Source: Octopus bimaculoides
Taxonomy: Eukaryota
NCBI RefSeq assembly: GCF_001194135.2
Contig: NC_068990.1
Span: 64,201,724-64,265,723, forward strand
Reading direction: 5' to 3'
Length of the DNA: 64,000 nucleotides
Of this stretch, positions 13,800 to 25,111 are shown piece by piece (the stretch's first letter is position 1; the number at the start of each line of letters is the position of its first letter). Both the position numbers and the translations under genes were made by a program. Below the pieces are notes generated by a model. The model saw nothing but the letters and a program-made list of their open reading frames with translations, did not search any database and was not told the DNA's origin.

Positions 13800-14150
13800 C
13801 AATTTCAATAACCACTAACTTTCAAGAGCTATCTTAAAAAGAAAGAGTCTTGCCATTCTGTTAGTGACTGGCTTGAATTCTGCAATTCTGTAAAAGAGAA
13901 AACATGCATATATTACATACATGTGTGTGTGTGTGTGTGTGCGTGTGTGTGTGTGTGTGTGTGTGAATATATGATTGTAAATATAAATCCAATTTAACAT
14001 AGAGCCTGTTACCTTTATTGTTGTATTATATTGTACCAATTGTATCTTTTAATTTTGGCTGGCCACAACTCTTATTTTGTATTGCTTCTAACAGACAATT
14101 AAAGAAATCTTTAGTCATCATCATCAGCATTATCATTTTCTCCCTTTCAG

Positions 14151-14307
14151 GTATCAAACGAACACAGCCAATGAAATGCTAGCAACTATTGTGAACATCC
14201 AGCCTAAAGATTCTGGCAGTAGTGGGGGTGAAACACGAGAGAGTGTAGTATACAATCTTGCTAATGATATGCTTGAGAAGCTTCCAGATGATTACAAGCC
14301 CCATGAG
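14151..14307 (+). CDS. DNAH8: Axonemal outer-arm dynein heavy chain, internal exon (first of 5 visible)
   Basis: Acceptor tccctttcag|G and donor GAG|gtaaaa. Translates (x)[52 protein letters not shown], matching the IQPKD..GGETRE..V...DML.KLP.DY motif of DNAH5/8 C-termini. DNAH8 versus DNAH5 orthology needs a tree. Confidence 0.93.
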
Positions 14308-15769
14308 GTAAAAAGCTCTTGATATTATTCACTATTGTCATATGTCTGTTTGTGGATATAACTAGATTAATGTGGTTCTTACATTCTCTCTTCAGAAAGT
14401 GGTTTATTGTAACTCAGTGGTCCATTTTTACCCATTGGAGGGAATTAACTTTTCTATGAACCTAATCAATATCAAATGGATATGTTTTCTGTTCTAGTCT
14501 TTCCCAATGAACAGATCACATCTGCAACATCAGAACCATAATGATCTCTATTAAGAAATTTGTGGCCTGCCCCTTCACTTCAAAGGCTTAACTTTGTCTC
14601 ACTGTGTTCTGCTGATTTTATTATAGCATTACATTAAGGCTACATGTGTTTGTGGAATAGTGTGCTACTTCACATGCTAATTCAATGAACAGGTCCTCCA
14701 GTCAACAGAACAACAAGATGCTCATACTTCATTAGTATTAATGAGAGATGCGTGGCATAGTGGTTAGGGTGTTGGACTCATGATTGTAAGATTATGGTTT
14801 CAATTCCTGGACTAAGCAACATGTTGTATTCTTGAGCAAAACACTTCATTTCAAATTGCTCCAGTCCGCTCAGCTGGTAAAAATGAGTAATTCTGTAACA
14901 AACCGGCGTCCCATCCAGGTGGGGAATTTATACACCATGAAATTGGGAAACCAGCCCTTGTGAGTCAGCATGACTCAAAAAGGTAACTCTACCGTTACTT
15001 TATTGATGAGCGAGTCCAATGTGTGTGAGTATATTGATGGTTTGATATAAACAGACAGAATAAGAAGACAGTTGTACATTTACAAATACAAGTAAATGAA
15101 TAAATACAAATACAACAAAAAATAAAAAGGCCTATTCACATAAGGGTGAGAATACACAACCAACTTTTGATAAGAGACTCCTCGCACTCAACTCTGCTCA
15201 TCTTCTGCTCATTACATTGAGATAGGAACATTTTTTGCAGTGGAAAAAGTAAGAATATCCAACTTATTTGAATATGAAGTAGAGCGTTAACATCCCTTAA
15301 AATCTATCCTTAAATTCTCTTCTTCATACAGCACATAGTCATCCATTTTAGATATCAGAGCCCAGCTTTGATCCAAGGGCCGCGGCCCTTAATTACACAA
15401 CCATGAACCTCATGTTTTATTGTGGAGGTGGCACTCTCTTCATGTATCATGCTGAATCTCCCTTAAAACTACATTAAGAGTACACATGTCTGTGGAGTAC
15501 TCAGCCGCTTGCACCTTAATTTCACAAACAAGTTATTCCATTGATCAAATCAACTGGAACCCTTCTCTTCATAACTGACAGAGTGCCAATTATTTTAAAT
15601 ACCTTTTGTTTCCATTCAACACTATTTTCTTCCATTTGTTACCCTCCATCATCACCTCTCCAGCTTCCATCTTCTCCCCATTATTGCAAAAGGGTGAAGT
15701 TATACAAATAGGAGGTCTTTTGGATTTTGCAATTACACTGGAAGTGTAAAAGTAAAAAGGCCAGTTGTT

Positions 15770-17480
15770 GTATTTGTGAGAGTTAAAGAGCTTTTTGCTC
15801 TGAGAAACTTAAAGGCAGAGCAATGAGCAACAGCCGAACACAACAATATCTGGTTCTGCAGGCTGCTGTTTCAGCAAAACAGGAACAGTTTTCACTTTAA
15901 GATGCAACATCTTTTGGATTTTAATTTCTAGGCCCTTATATTTACTAATCTTGTCAAATTCCATACAGATATATTTTTTATCTGCTGAGACACTTATATC
16001 TATTAGTCTACAAGTATTTTCTTCCTTGTCATTAGTAATTATGTCTGATCGATTAATCTGGATTGTTCTTTCAGCATTGATTGGAAAATCCCAGAGAATG
16101 GTGATAATTTTACCTTCAACCGAGTGAACTCAGGATGGTGTTCATACTAGTTAGCAGGGGTGTCAATTTTGTATTTCTCCACATATTTTCCAATTCAAAT
16201 ACTGTTCTAACTTATCAGGGGATTTTTATATTCATTTGGTGTTAGCACAGCGTAGCCCAAAATAAGAAGGTCTATTGTTTCATCAAATGTGTTTCAGAAT
16301 CTTCATTATAGATCAGCAGTGATTTAAAGAATGTTAGCCTGGTAATTTCTGGTAAACAAGCTTTAGTCTTTAGTACAGTCAGCATGAAACTTTCATTCTC
16401 TGCTTTCAATATTGAACTCCTCAGCCACTGATGGATTGTTGTCTGGTCTACATCAGCATTTTGACTTCAAAGAATATATTGGCCATGTGGGGACTTCTGG
16501 CTCCACCACTCCTCAATTTGATTCATCTTGCTTACACGGTAGAAGTGGTTTCAGGTTTTTCATCTAATTCTGGGTTAATGCCAAGTTTCCTTGTGAATTT
16601 ACAAGCCTCCTTCACAATAGAATGTGACATTTTGCTGCTTTCATGTCTGCATACAAGCTACAGCATTCAGTCCTCTGTACTAGATAGGTACCTGTTCATT
16701 CCTATAGTGGAGGTTTTATAGTAGAGTTCTAATTGCATCGCTGTTCTTTCCTCACTGCTACTAAGTAGGTACAGAAGGTCAATGTCTGCCTTAAGGTGGT
16801 GCATGTTATTGGATGTCAATAATTTCCTTGCCTTCCTGTCCATGCATTGGAGTTCCATAGGATTCCAGTTAATGATATTAAAACTCTAATGAACTACTGA
16901 AAGTACCTGGGTACTAATGACTTCAATGTGATTTTAAGTTCAATCATCAGTACACATCTTATTCTCCTCTAATACTCCCTTCTTATTTTTTCATTTATAG
17001 TGGCATGACTTATCTCATATCCTTCCTTTATTCTGGGATATTTATAAATTTTTTGTGGGTCAAGTTCCTTGATGGTAGTGTCAATATCTAATTTAATAGA
17101 TCTTGTTTGTCTGAGCTTGCCTCGTACAAAAGTTCCTTCAGTACACTTATCAAGGCCAGAATCTATCCCAATGTCATTTGCTAAACAGTTGTTTGTAGCC
17201 CTCCTAGTTTTTGGTCATTCCTTGCAAACAGCTTCAGATTGTCCATGCAAAAGAGATGGTGTATTACATTGTTAAGAATTTTGGTAGTAGGTAGGTTGTT
17301 TCTTCAGTTAGCCAGGCAGGTATTTGCTCCAGGTTCTGAATGATCACAGTTATAGATACAACAAGATTTTTATGCACTTCTGTCTAACAATATAGCCAGA
17401 AATTAGGAGTCCAATCTAGTCTTGGGGTTTTACATTTATGAGACTTTCTCAGAACATACCTTCGCTCTTCTATTCCTGAC
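15770..17480 (-). mobile_element. R4/Dong-type non-LTR retrotransposon; 5'-truncated, internally deleted and decayed
   Basis: Minus-strand frames give HLFCMDNLKLFA (RT YMDD-like), DIGIDSGLDKC, DRKARKLLTSNNMHHLKADIDLLY, HQWLRSSILKAENESF, TILWDFPI...PDII and DKISKYKGLEI, i.e. RT followed by an RLE domain. Confidence 0.85.
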
Positions 17481-17529
17481 ATCATCATCATCATCATCAT
17501 TACTATTATTATCATTATTATGATTGATT

Positions 17530-17880
17530 TAACTCAGGTTTGTTCTTATTCCTGATAGAATTTATGTGGGTAACTGGTTACTACCTGTCACCTTAGATAT
17601 CCACAAGCTTTCAATAGTCTTTCAAGTGCTTAAAACCCTCCTGGTAATCTTTCCTATCCCTAAGAGGCAAACTTTCTGATGAAGCTCTACAGGATATTCT
17701 ATTCAAATATTCTTAAACCAATTCTCTATATCTTTACTCACATTTCCTAATGCACCAATTATTACAGGCATAACTTTTACAGATTTCCTACACCAAATTT
17801 TAAGGGATTGTATATTTTTAATTTTTCATCCCCTTTCTTTACAATCCTGGAATCAAACAGAAATGATGGATCAATCATAT
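17530..17880 (-). mobile_element. Second R4/Dong-type 3' fragment
   Basis: Minus strand VMPVIIGALGNVSKDIENW...LHQKVCLLGIGKITRRVLST*, then a short UTR and an (AAT/GAT)n tail at about 17480-17525. Confidence 0.7.
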
Positions 17881-17894
17881 TTATTGTTATTATT

Positions 17895-18040
17895 ATTGTT
17901 CAGTAGTTTTATTTTTATAACGTGCTTTCACTTCACTACCGAGCACAGCTCTGTGTGCCTTAGGTATGTGCTGTGGTTTGCTGTGATGCTCTTATGGTTA
18001 CTGTATTGAAAGTGTTTTGCGTAGGATGTGTGCAGTGCCC
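17895..18040 (-). mobile_element. Third R4/Dong-type extreme 3' fragment
   Basis: Minus strand MGTAHILRKTLSIQ* followed by a UTR and an (AAT)n tail; flanked by (ATT)n on both sides. Confidence 0.7.
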
Positions 18041-18097
18041 ATATTATTATCATTATTATTATTATTATTATTATTATCATCATTATTATTATTATTA

Positions 18098-18301
18098 AGG
18101 TGGTGAGCTGGCAGAATCGTTACCAAGCAAAATGCTTAGCGGTATTTTGTCTGTTGCTACATTCTGAGTTCAACTTTTGCTGAGGTTGACTTTGTTTTTC
18201 ATCCTTCCGAGGTAGATAAATTTAGTACCAGTTGTGTACTGGGGTCGATCTAATCGACTGCACCCCTCCCCCAAAATTTCAGGCCTTATGCCAATAGTAG
18301 A

Positions 18302-18305
<4 letters not shown>
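18098..18305 (+). mobile_element. tRNA-type SINE, family B
   Basis: ggtggtgagctggcagaatc...ttctgagttcaa...gactttg.ctttcatcc...aagtaccag. Other copies at about 5075, 7460(-), 23570, 24705, 26535, 29415, 46355(-), 46600(-), 57620(-) and 63930. Confidence 0.8.
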
Positions 18306-18339
<34 letters not shown>

Positions 18340-19042
18340 GAAGCCACTACCAACAATCTCTGCTGTGAGGTAAATGGAAGAAAGAATTATTCAATTCCAT
18401 ACTTATAAAAGAATCTGCACAGTGCAAACACTGTCTTGTTTTATTAGTAGCAGAAGGCCATAAATTTGTTGTAAAGAGATTTTGTTGTAGCAATATTCTA
18501 TTAACACTAGTATAAAACTGATTTTAACAAGTGTATCTGTTTTGAAATTATAAAATGGATGGACAAAATTTAATATTGAAAGCTATTTCATCCCACAGAG
18601 TATTTTGTGTCATCTTACTACACTAAACAGCCCAAATGTTACAATATAAACTCATGAAATTTCAAGCAAGAAACCAATATTATATCCATTTGACCATTGT
18701 CACTCTTTATTAGATTGTTTCCATACCAGTAGTTAATGTTTTTCACTTGTGTATTACTGGTGTCCTACAGAAGTACATTACTTATGTATTTCAATTAATT
18801 TGAAAAACAATGTGGATTTTGCAAGAATCTAGTAAAAAAAAAAAAACTAGCATTGTCATTAGTAATCTTGTGTTTGCAATGTGACTTATAAGAGTCTCCC
18901 ATTTAAATGATAATAGACAATTTTAATTTCAATATGAAAACTTTAAAATTGGATGTTTTTATATGACAGAACCAAAGTGGTCTCAGGCAAGCTGACTGGC
19001 TGGCTGACTGGTTAGTTGGTATGAAAAAATTATTTTCTTTTT

Positions 19043-19220
19043 ATTTCTTTATTGAAGAAATGAAAGACTTCAAACCTATTTTATCATCATCACTATTCTT
19101 ATTTATGAGAGTTGAGATGGCAATTGACTTGTTATGTTATTTGGGGGATTTAGTTTGGTATGTCATATTACTAGGTTTGGTAAGCTCAAGTGATGGAGTG
19201 GGCTTCAGTAATAGTGGTTA
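19043..19220 (+). repeat. 178-bp direct repeat, copy 1 (copy 2 at 20923-21100)
   Basis: Identical except for one base (19172 T versus 21052 C). Confidence 0.95.
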
Positions 19221-19319
19221 ACCTAACACTAATGATGGTGGTGATGACATTAAAAGTAACTTTAACTTACCCAATTGGACTGTGATTAGTTTTTTTTTTC
19301 TTTTTAATCCTTGTTTTAG

Positions 19320-19532
19320 GTGAAGGAGCGTTTACGTAAGATGGGTATTCTTCAGCCTCTGAACATCTTCTTACGGCAAGAAATAGACAGAATGCAGAGG
19401 GTGATTGGTGAAGTCCGGATAACATTAAAAGACCTTAAACTGGCCATTGAGGGAACAATAATCATGAGTGAGAAACTACAAGATGCTTTGGACAACATGT
19501 TTAATGCCAGGGTTCCCAATACTTGGAAGAAA
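19320..19532 (+). CDS. DNAH8: Dynein heavy chain exon 2 of 5 visible
   Basis: Acceptor ttgttttag|GTG and donor AAA|gtttgt; 213 nt, phase 0/0. Translates [71 protein letters not shown]. Confidence 0.96.
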
Positions 19533-20886
19533 GTTTGTATAAACCAGTATTTCTAACTTTGAAAATCTTCCTTCTTTTGGTATTTGGTGTACGTTGATAG
19601 TTATGGGCAATGGATGGGTCAGTCATGCTTAAAGATCTCTGGTAACAGGATATGCAATCATTTTGTGTTTGTTAAAAAGAATCACTTAAGAAAATTCAGT
19701 AACGGACCCTTGATACAAGAAGTTATATATTTTGATAATATATACTATTGATGTAAAAGGAATGTTTTAAAAAAATATGTAAAAAGTAAAAGTGAAATTA
19801 AATTAGATGTTAGCCTTAGCTATATTTCTGAACATTATTGTGATAAAAGAAATAAAAGAAATTATAGAAAACTAACATGTTGTGAGGTAAGTGACAGTAA
19901 ATAAAAAGGTTGAGATCTCTTGTAATCTTTCTGCAATTTTTCTATGATTTGATCATATTTACTCTACTGGGAATTATAAAGGAGATACATTTCTCTGAAA
20001 TATGAAACTTTATGAACATGCAAACATGCAAATATTAATATATTTCAGATACGACTCTTCAAGAATCCAGATCTGATTAAATTCCACAACCATAAAAACC
20101 TATTAATAATCTTCTTTTCTTGATTATCTTTATGGATTTTTTTTCTGACTACAAACAACACTGCTTGAAAGTGGAACATAAGTTTTTGTTGCCATTAGTG
20201 TCAAAGCTATGCATTGTGCTATGGATTATTGTCACTTGGCAGTGTGGGTCCATGATAATAATGAGAGAACTACTAGATAGTGCAGAATAGGGATGAACAA
20301 GAAATTGTATTTTGGTGTTTCATGGAACTGAGATAAAATCCTCTTTTCCTATGGAATTAGATAAAAGTTTTAGTTACCATAACAGCAATGATGATACTAG
20401 AAAAATTCTTCACAGTATGTTTAGAATTATAAGAGCATCAAAACAACAGTTTCATTAAAATTTTCTTATAAATTTGTTTTCAGAGTTGTTGTTCTAATGT
20501 TATCTGGTAGTAAAAAAATGTTAGTGGGGCTATTATAAAATTTAAGAAGAAATGGACATTAAAAACTAAGTGATGTATTTATTAACCATTTAGCATTCAC
20601 ATAATTTTTTTACAAATAATGCTTATTTATTTATATTGTGTTGGATTAATCTAGCACTGTTTTGTAGCTTTGCAATTTTGATGAAGTAACTGCTAATTTT
20701 TAGAATGATATTGGTAGTGTTGGTGTGAAAGGTTAGATCTCACCAGTTTGAATATAAAAGAAGGAGAATATTTTGGCCAGATATGGCCAGTTTAAATGCT
20801 AAAGGCTTAAATAATTTAATGTGTAGAAAGCATTCAAATTTAATGATATAAAATCTTGAGTTCCACTTCTTAATGCAAAGTTATTT

Positions 20887-20922
<36 letters not shown>

Positions 20923-20926
<4 letters not shown>

Positions 20927-21100
20927 CTTTATTGAAGAAATGAAAGACTTCAAACCTATTTTATCATCATCACTATTCTTATTTATGAGAGTTGAGATGG
21001 CAATTGACTTGTTATGTTATTTGGGGGATTTAGTTTGGTATGTCATATTACCAGGTTTGGTAAGCTCAAGTGATGGAGTGGGCTTCAGTAATAGTGGTTA
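20923..21100 (+). repeat. 178-bp direct repeat, copy 2, embedded in a (TA)n tract
   Basis: Preceded by about 16 TA units and followed by tatatata. Confidence 0.95.
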
Positions 21101-21605
21101 TATATATATCATCATGATGTGTTTCATGGTAATACTGGCTTACAAAGTGTATCTGATTTTATTTTGCACAAATTGAGCAGCAAATTTCATATAAACCTAT
21201 ATATGCATTATTTGCATTATTTCCATTTTACTTTAAAATATTTGAAAATTTCATATTTTTGTTAAGAAGTTTGCTTCAAGCCATGATGTGCTAACTTTAC
21301 TTTTGCTGCTTAGTCTTCTATCATAAATCTTGGGATCTCCCCAGTTTTGTCAGTGAAATTGAGCAGGTGAAGTTGATTGCACTCATAAATCAAACGATTT
21401 ATGAATGTGATACTGAGTCAGCACGCAGTTTGTGGTCTTGAGTACTCTTCTGCCTGTCATAGAATGATTTGAAAATAGATATGCATCAGTTAGTGTTCAC
21501 ATGCCAGTGATTGCCAGAATGTTTCTTGTAAATCAGACAGAATGATAAATGAAACAAGATAGAATCAATCAACAGTTCTAAATAATCTTAATGTTTTTAT
21601 GGTAG

Positions 21606-21734
21606 ATTTCCTGGGAATCATCAACACTAGGATTCTGGTTTACTGATCTTTTGGAAAGGAATAGTCAATTCTCTTCATGGCTCTTTGAAAGAAAGCCTTG
21701 TTGTTACTGGATGACAGGATTCTTTAATCCACAG
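21606..21734 (+). CDS. DNAH8: Dynein heavy chain exon 3 of 5 visible
   Basis: Acceptor ggtag|ATT and donor CAG|gtgagt; 129 nt. Translates [43 protein letters not shown]. Not present in the supplied ORF track. Confidence 0.96.
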
Positions 21735-23298
21735 GTGAGTGAAAATGTACAAATTTCATTATTTGTTAATACATAAATAAGTTTACAGTTTTGTTTTTGT
21801 TTGTTTTTTATTTGACAGCCTTAGCTTTGTTTATAATTTGTTTCATTTCACTTGATATCCATCCTTCATCCTTATACTGTCCTCTCTACTCACATTTTAC
21901 ATTAATCACTTTCCTGTGTTAGCAAATTCTCTCTCCTTTTCTACCACCAAATGTCTCTCACTCTCCTATGCCATATGCCTGCCCATCCCAACCATACATC
22001 ATCATCTCTCTCTCTCTCTCTTTCTCTTTCTCATTACTATTACTATTCTGCTTCTCTTCACCCCCCACTACTACATCCACCTCACAACACTTGTTCTTCA
22101 TTCATGATAATTACCCCTTCACCCATTCTCTATCTTTCATTCACTGTCATTCACTATTTTTTTCACTCTTGTATCTCTACCCACCCACACTTCCAGTTCA
22201 TCTGTTCTTTTTCACTTCCATTTACCAAATGTGTAAAGAAAGTACACTCAGATACCTCATCTCTACTACTTTTACCTCTTCCCTGCTCCATCCCAATCAC
22301 ATTCCCCATTCTACTCTCTCTTTTAAAATGTGTGTAACCATGTAACTTCTCTACTACAAGAAACTTATATTGCTCTGGTCCCTTTTCCTCAAACTTTATC
22401 CCTTCATCTCCTAGCATAAAGCTGCCTTTCTTAGGACTCATAGTCTTGCTAGCTGCATAGCAGCCTCACCAGTGCTGGTACCACAAAAAGTAATTAGTTC
22501 ATGCTGTAAAGTGGTTGGCATTAAGAAGGGCATCCAGTCAAAGAAAACATGCCAAAGTAGACAGGGGAACACAATACAGTCTTTGGAACCTTTAGACCCT
22601 GTCAAACTGTGCAACCCACACCAGCATGGACCATGGATGTTAAATGATGTAATGACAACAACGACGACGAGGATATACAAACACACATGCAAGCAGAGAA
22701 ACAAACGTCTGCCCATGTATGGAAAGTTCACTCTGCGGAGTGGTTTGTGTTAGGAAGGGCATCAAGCCATAAGAGCTATGCCAAAATGGACAGCAAAGCA
22801 TGATGCAGTCTTCTGCCTAGCCAGCTTGTCTAACTGTCCAACCCATGCCAGCATTGAAAGCAGACATTAAATGATGATGATGATGACGATGACGACGATG
22901 ATGATGAGGATGACGATAACAATGACGACTTGTGTATGTACCAAAGCAGACACATATAGAAATGCACAAATCAACACACGCCAACACATGTAGGTAAATA
23001 TATCTATGCATGCATACACATCCACATAATCACACTTTACAATCACACACATTCAATATAATAGCACCAAAAATTATATACAAAATTATTAAAACTACTT
23101 ATTAACAAACTAATTAAAATTGACTGAACTATTAGCCTTCACTCTTCTATTATTATTGAAATACTGCGCTGATAGAAGCATGGTGTTGATAGAAACACAA
23201 AGCTGACAGTTAATTGCTTCATTAAAGTATACTGCATCACTCAAAAATATTGCATCAACCCATTTTTACAAATTAAACTTTGATATACATTTAATATA

Positions 23299-23533
23299 CA
23301 GGGTGGCCCAAAAGTAGGTTTACAGTTATTACGTAGGCACTTTAAATTTCTTTTAAAACATTTTATTACATCTAAATTTCTATCTTACAAACTGAAAAAG
23401 GAGCTTGACAAAATTAACTAAATTAGCATAGAATAATGGTTTCATATTTTTTTATAATTAAGATCTAAACTGTTAATATATGAATGCAAAAGAGATAGTT
23501 GAATAACTGTAAGCCTACTTTTGGGCCATCCTG
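23299..23533. mobile_element. Tc1/mariner-type MITE, 235 bp
   Basis: TA|cagggtggcccaaaagtaggtttacagttatt ... aataactgtaagcctacttttgggccatcctg|TA: about 32-bp TIRs with a TA TSD. Confidence 0.9.
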
Positions 23534-23787
23534 TATGTTTAATATATGTTTAACTCCCAAAGGTAGCAAACTGGCAGAATTGTTAGCATGCCGGTCAAAA
23601 TGCTTAGTGACATTTCATTCATCTCTACATTCTGAGTTTAAATTCCACTGAGGTAAACTTTGCCTTTCATCCTTAGTCATTAAAACGGATATCAGTTGAG
23701 CACGGGGATCAATGTTATTGACTATTTATCCCTTCCCCTGAAATTGCTGGCCTTGTGCCAAAAATCTGAAACCAATATATCTTTTAT

Positions 23788-24007
23788 CTTTTACTTGTTT
23801 TAGCTGTTAGGCCGCAGCCATGCTGGGGTACGATCTTGAAGAATTTATAGTCAAATGTATCAACCCCAGTACTTTTTTTTTTTGAAGTCTGGTACTTATT
23901 CTATCGATCTCTTTTGCCGAGCTACTAAATTATGGGGACATAAACACACCAACACCAGTTGTTAAATAGTGAAGGTGGGGGACAAACACAGACATGCATA
24001 CATATAC

Positions 24008-24038
<31 letters not shown>

Positions 24039-24045
24039 AAGATAG

Positions 24046-24128
<83 letters not shown>

Positions 24129-24280
24129 GCTTCTTTCAGTTTCCATCTTCCAAATCCACTCACAAGACTTTGCTCAGCCCAAAGCTATAGCAGAAGATAC
24201 TTTCTCAAGGTGTCACACATTGGGACTGAACCCAGAATCATGTGGTTGGGAACCAAGCTTCTTACCACACAGCCATGCCT
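23788..24280 (-). mobile_element. SINE family A with an expanded internal (TA)n
   Basis: Reverse complement of the family A head and tail. Confidence 0.75.
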
Positions 24281-24436
24281 GCACCTCCACACAGCCACAC
24301 TGGTTTAACTCTCTTTATAGAAAAGTTATTGTTCTGTTAACATATATCTGTTTTACTTTTCCTTTATTTTCCTTTATATTGAAAGGGTTTAAAAATGCTG
24401 CATCGACCCACCTTTACAAATTAAACTTTGATGTAC

Positions 24437-24702
24437 CATTTAATATATATTTAATATATGTTTAAGTCACATTTAGTATATATTTAATATATGTTTAACT
24501 CACATTTAGTATATATTTAATATATGTTTAACTCACATTTAGTATGTATTTAATATATGTTTAACTCACATTTAGTATATATTTAATATATGTTTAATTC
24601 ACATTTAGTATATATTTAATATATGTTTAACACACATTTAGTATATATTTAATATATGTTTAACTCACATTTAGTATATATTTAATATATGTTTAACCCA
24701 CA
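24437..24702. repeat. 33-bp minisatellite, about 8 copies
   Basis: Unit cacatttagtatatatttaatatatgtttaact starts at 24468, 24501, 24534, 24567, 24600, 24633 and 24666, plus a partial unit; there are no spacers. Confidence 0.95.
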
Positions 24703-24984
24703 GTGAGCTGGCAGAATTGTTAGCATGCAGGTCAAAATGCTTAGTAATATTTCATTCATCTTTAGTCTGTGTTCAAATTCTGTTACAGTTAACTTTGCTT
24801 TCATCCTTCCAGGGTCAATAAAACAAGCACAGTTGAGAACTGAGATCAATGTAATCGACTACTTATCCCTTCCCCTAAAATTGCTGGCCTTGTGCCAAAA
24901 TTTGAAACCAATATATGTTTAACTCACTTTATAAAATAGTTATTTTTCTGTTAACATGTATCTATATTTTATTCTTCCTGAAAG

Positions 24985-25111
24985 GGTTTCCTAACAGCGA
25001 TGAGGCAGGAAATTACTAGAGCTCACAAAGGGTGGGCCCTTGATGCTGTGGTTCTCAATAATGAAGTGACCAAATCCATGAAAGAAGACATAAATACTTT
25101 CCCTCAAGAAG
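24985..25111 (+). CDS. DNAH8: Dynein heavy chain exon 4 of 5 visible
   Basis: Acceptor cctgaaag|GGT and donor GAAG|gtaaca; 127 nt. Translates [42 protein letters not shown](G), continuing the FFNPQ|GFLTA motif. Confidence 0.96.

Noticed and set aside
22340-22435. Minus-strand KFEEKGPEQYKFLVVE resembling the YKFLG motif of RLE-LINE RT
   Set aside because: Too short and isolated to support a feature.
24437-24702. 33-bp repeats resembling a CRISPR array in unit length
   Set aside because: The units are head-to-tail with no unique spacers, the context is eukaryotic intron, and there are no cas genes; this is a minisatellite.
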